A stretch of DNA of 64,000 nt from Prorocentrum cordatum. Taxonomy: Eukaryota. The notes under the pieces are model-generated. The model did no database searches and was not told the origin of the DNA. It saw nothing but the letters and a program-made list of their open reading frames with translations. Made by a program: the position numbers and the translations under genes. Positions 61,960 through 64,000 of the stretch are shown in pieces. The first letter of the stretch is position 1. Every line of letters starts with the position of its first letter. Location: NCBI GenBank assembly GCA_963575745.1, contig CAUYUJ010000240.1, forward strand, positions 1 through 64,000, read 5' to 3'.

Positions 61960-61979
61960 GCGCGTTTCGGCTGATAACC
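61960..61979 (-). promoter_or_regulatory. Primer-binding site of the half-tRNA type
   Basis: GGTTATCAGCCGAAACGCGC abuts the 5' LTR. Its complement reads TTCGG-CT GAT AA-CC, a tRNA anticodon arm ending at AACC, as in the Drosophila copia PBS GGTTATGGGCCCAG. Confidence 0.65.
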
Positions 61980-62321
61980 AGTCTTTCCTCGGAGAATCGG
62001 GGTAAGATGAAAAAGGAATTAAGATCTCATGTTGACTCTGCTCAGGGAGAGCGGAGGCAGGATGAGACATTGATAAGACAGATATCCGTTAAGCTAAACC
62101 ACTCTATCAGGAATAGGAAGGGAGGAGGAATGCCGAGGACGGACGACGACGAATCGCCCGTGCGCCCCAGCGCGCTCCTTTTCTCTCCTGCCAGCCGAGG
62201 TCGGCTGGTTTGAGCAGTTATACAGCTGCAGAAACGCAGCATCAGTTCACGCGGACAGTTCATTGCATGCAATCTAAGTTATGTTCTAATTGAGTATGAG
62301 GCGGAGAGGAGCATATTTACT
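61980..62321 (-). repeat. 5' LTR (AGT...ACT termini)
   Basis: Direct repeat of 39267-39608. Confidence 0.95.
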
Positions 62322-62800
62322 CGTCCTCCTCCTCCGCTGCCGCCTCCTCCCGCTTCATTCACATTTTCCGCGTCCTCCTTTGCCGATGGAGACCGCCGCG
62401 CCCGTTGACCTGCCGCGCCCCTGCTGCGAGTTCGAGGCTACGTCGTCGAACGAGCTCCATAGACGTTGTACCACTCATCTTGATGAGGCTTCCATCAACG
62501 TCCCCGGCTGAGGATGTGCAAGGCTCTCTGAATCTTCTTACATTCATCCCCATCTTCATCATCAATATGACATCGACACCACCGACGCCACTGGTACGAC
62601 GCCGACGACGCCGGCACCACCGTTACCACACCGAAGCCGTCAGAACAACCCCGCCTCCATTACGACGCCGACGCCGCCGGCGCCGCCATTACGAGACCGA
62701 CGCCGCCGTTGCGACGCCGCCGCCGTTACGACACCGACGCTGCCGTTACGACGATCTGGGAATTTCCTGAAGGGTCGCGATCATGACATCGTCTCTGCAG

Positions 62801-62875
62801 GTATGAGGGTCGAATTCGTGCCACCACTTTTTGGTTTGTCTCCCACACTCCGACATCCCCTGTGCCGGGATGGAG
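62801..62875 (+). other. Candidate 75-nt host exon
   Basis: Acceptor tctctgcAG|G and donor AG|GC (GC donors are common in dinoflagellates); open frame YEGRIRATTFWFVSHTPTSPVPGW. Confidence 0.3.
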
Positions 62876-62942
62876 GCCTGGCAGCTCGGCGCCGCTGGCG
62901 AGAGAGTCCGTGCCGTGGGTGAAAAGCGTCGCGTTGTGGCAG

Positions 62943-63063
62943 TGTGTGGTGGTGGTGGTGGTGGTGGTGGTGGTGGTGGTGGTGGTGGTGGTGGTGGTGG
63001 TGGTGGTGGTGGTGGTCGTGGTGGTTGTGGTGGTCGTGGTGGTGGTGGTGGTGGTGGTGGTGA
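62943..63063. repeat. (GTG)n microsatellite
   Basis: Seen directly. Confidence 0.95.
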
Positions 63064-63839
63064 TGTGGGGGGAGGGCGATCCGCACGCGAAGAACATGAA
63101 GAAACTCCTGCTGCTGGTGGCGAAGCTCGGCCTGAAACGCGCCCGCTATGTGCGCGCAGTTGATGCCGTCCTGTTCAGGACGAGGAAGCTCGAGCACGGC
63201 AGCGCGATCGCTCATGCTGCTCTCGAGGCCGTGAATGCTTGGGCCGACGGCGTTGAGGAGATGCAGCCTGAGCATCCGCCGGCTGCGTACACCTGGGCAG
63301 CCATCACCCGTCCAGCGGCCGCCGTCCAGGGCGCGGGTGGCATCGAGCCCGTACCCCTGCAGATGGTCTTCTGGGAAGCATGCACTATGCTGTGAGCAAC
63401 GACATTATCAACAAACCAACACTGCCGCCAACGCCAGCGACTATATATGCAAAGAGGCGCTGGCAATGCTCGCCCAGTCACCCGCTGGCCAAGCTAACAG
63501 GCCAACCGCCTTCGCGCAAATCTTCAACGACGGCTGCCGCGTGAACTCCTGGGGGCCTTCGCCTCCTTGCTGCGTTGCCGCTGCTATTTCATAGCCTTGC
63601 TCCTGCGCGTGGCCCCGCAGACGCGGTGGCCATTGGTGGCGCAACGGCTACGACACGCCACGTTGTCTTCACCCGTCCCGGAATACCAGGGCCGACAGGC
63701 CGCGAGTCGCTACGGGGGTCAATGCGGCCACAAATGATCCCGATCTAGTTGCCGACGTTGCGCAACATGACCATCGGTGAAGCAAGGCAGTCGGGGATCT
63801 ACCGACCCAGGTCAGGCCAGACCCGGGTCAGTCAGGCTG

Positions 63840-63927
63840 TGCAGGATCCTGCAGGATCCTGTAAGACCCTGCAGGATCCTGCGCCCAAGCCTGGGCCTAT
63901 GCAACACTGGCTCTGCAGGATCCTGCA
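63840..63927. repeat. Cluster of palindromic GCAGGATCCTGC repeats
   Basis: Four CAGGATCCTG copies in ~90 bp. Confidence 0.7.
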
Positions 63928-64000
63928 AGATAGGGCGCTCTGACTGACCCTCGTTTGCATCGACCCGCGTCTCTTGAGCTCCGATGCAGCATGGGCACGA

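Larger units (their letters stand above)
39267..62321 (-). mobile_element. Giant (23,055-bp) Copia-order LTR retrotransposon with enzymatic cargo; decayed copy
   Basis: Two 342-bp LTRs (12 mismatches by manual count, ~96.5%), 5-bp TSD CGTCC (39262-39266 and 62322-62326), PBS, PPT and gag-PR-IN-RT-RH order. Confidence 0.95.

Noticed and set aside
61955..61980. tRNA gene
   Set aside because: Only an anticodon-arm fragment; no acceptor or T arm, and better explained as the PBS.
61615..62070. 151-aa ORF crossing the 5' LTR and PBS
   Set aside because: It starts inside the LTR and spans cis-acting signals; no protein motif.
63075..63395. Helical ORF fragment KLLLLVAKLGLKRAR...
   Set aside because: May be a relic of another repeat-encoded protein, but has no diagnostic motif or clear start.

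Overview
This is eukaryotic, repeat-rich DNA, very probably from a dinoflagellate: a near-perfect dinoflagellate spliced-leader (SL) relic sits at 16638-16658 on the minus strand. There is no intact host gene, RNA gene or CRISPR array. The window holds four minus-strand retroelements set in microsatellites and modular non-coding repeats. (1) The 5' part of a DIRS/YR-type element whose RT ORF runs off the left edge. (2) A full-length ~8-kb LINE (8650-16658) that starts with the SL, has a 16-18-bp TSD and a ~3-kb uncharacterised 3' coding extension. (3) A decayed Copia-like element (~17.5-23.1 kb) with a C5-methyltransferase-like insert between protease and integrase. (4) The main finding: a giant 23,055-bp Copia-order LTR retrotransposon (39267-62321) with 342-bp LTRs, non-canonical AGT...ACT termini, a CGTCC TSD and a half-tRNA-type PBS. 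After RNase H it carries ~11 kb of co-oriented cargo encoding C5-DNA-methyltransferase-like, SGNH-hydrolase-like, PARP-like ADP-ribosyltransferase and Tpt1/KptA RNA 2'-phosphotransferase-like domains. It also contains more than 20 dispersed, covarying CTNAG-core mini-hairpins. All domain calls are motif readings by eye; no database searches were run.
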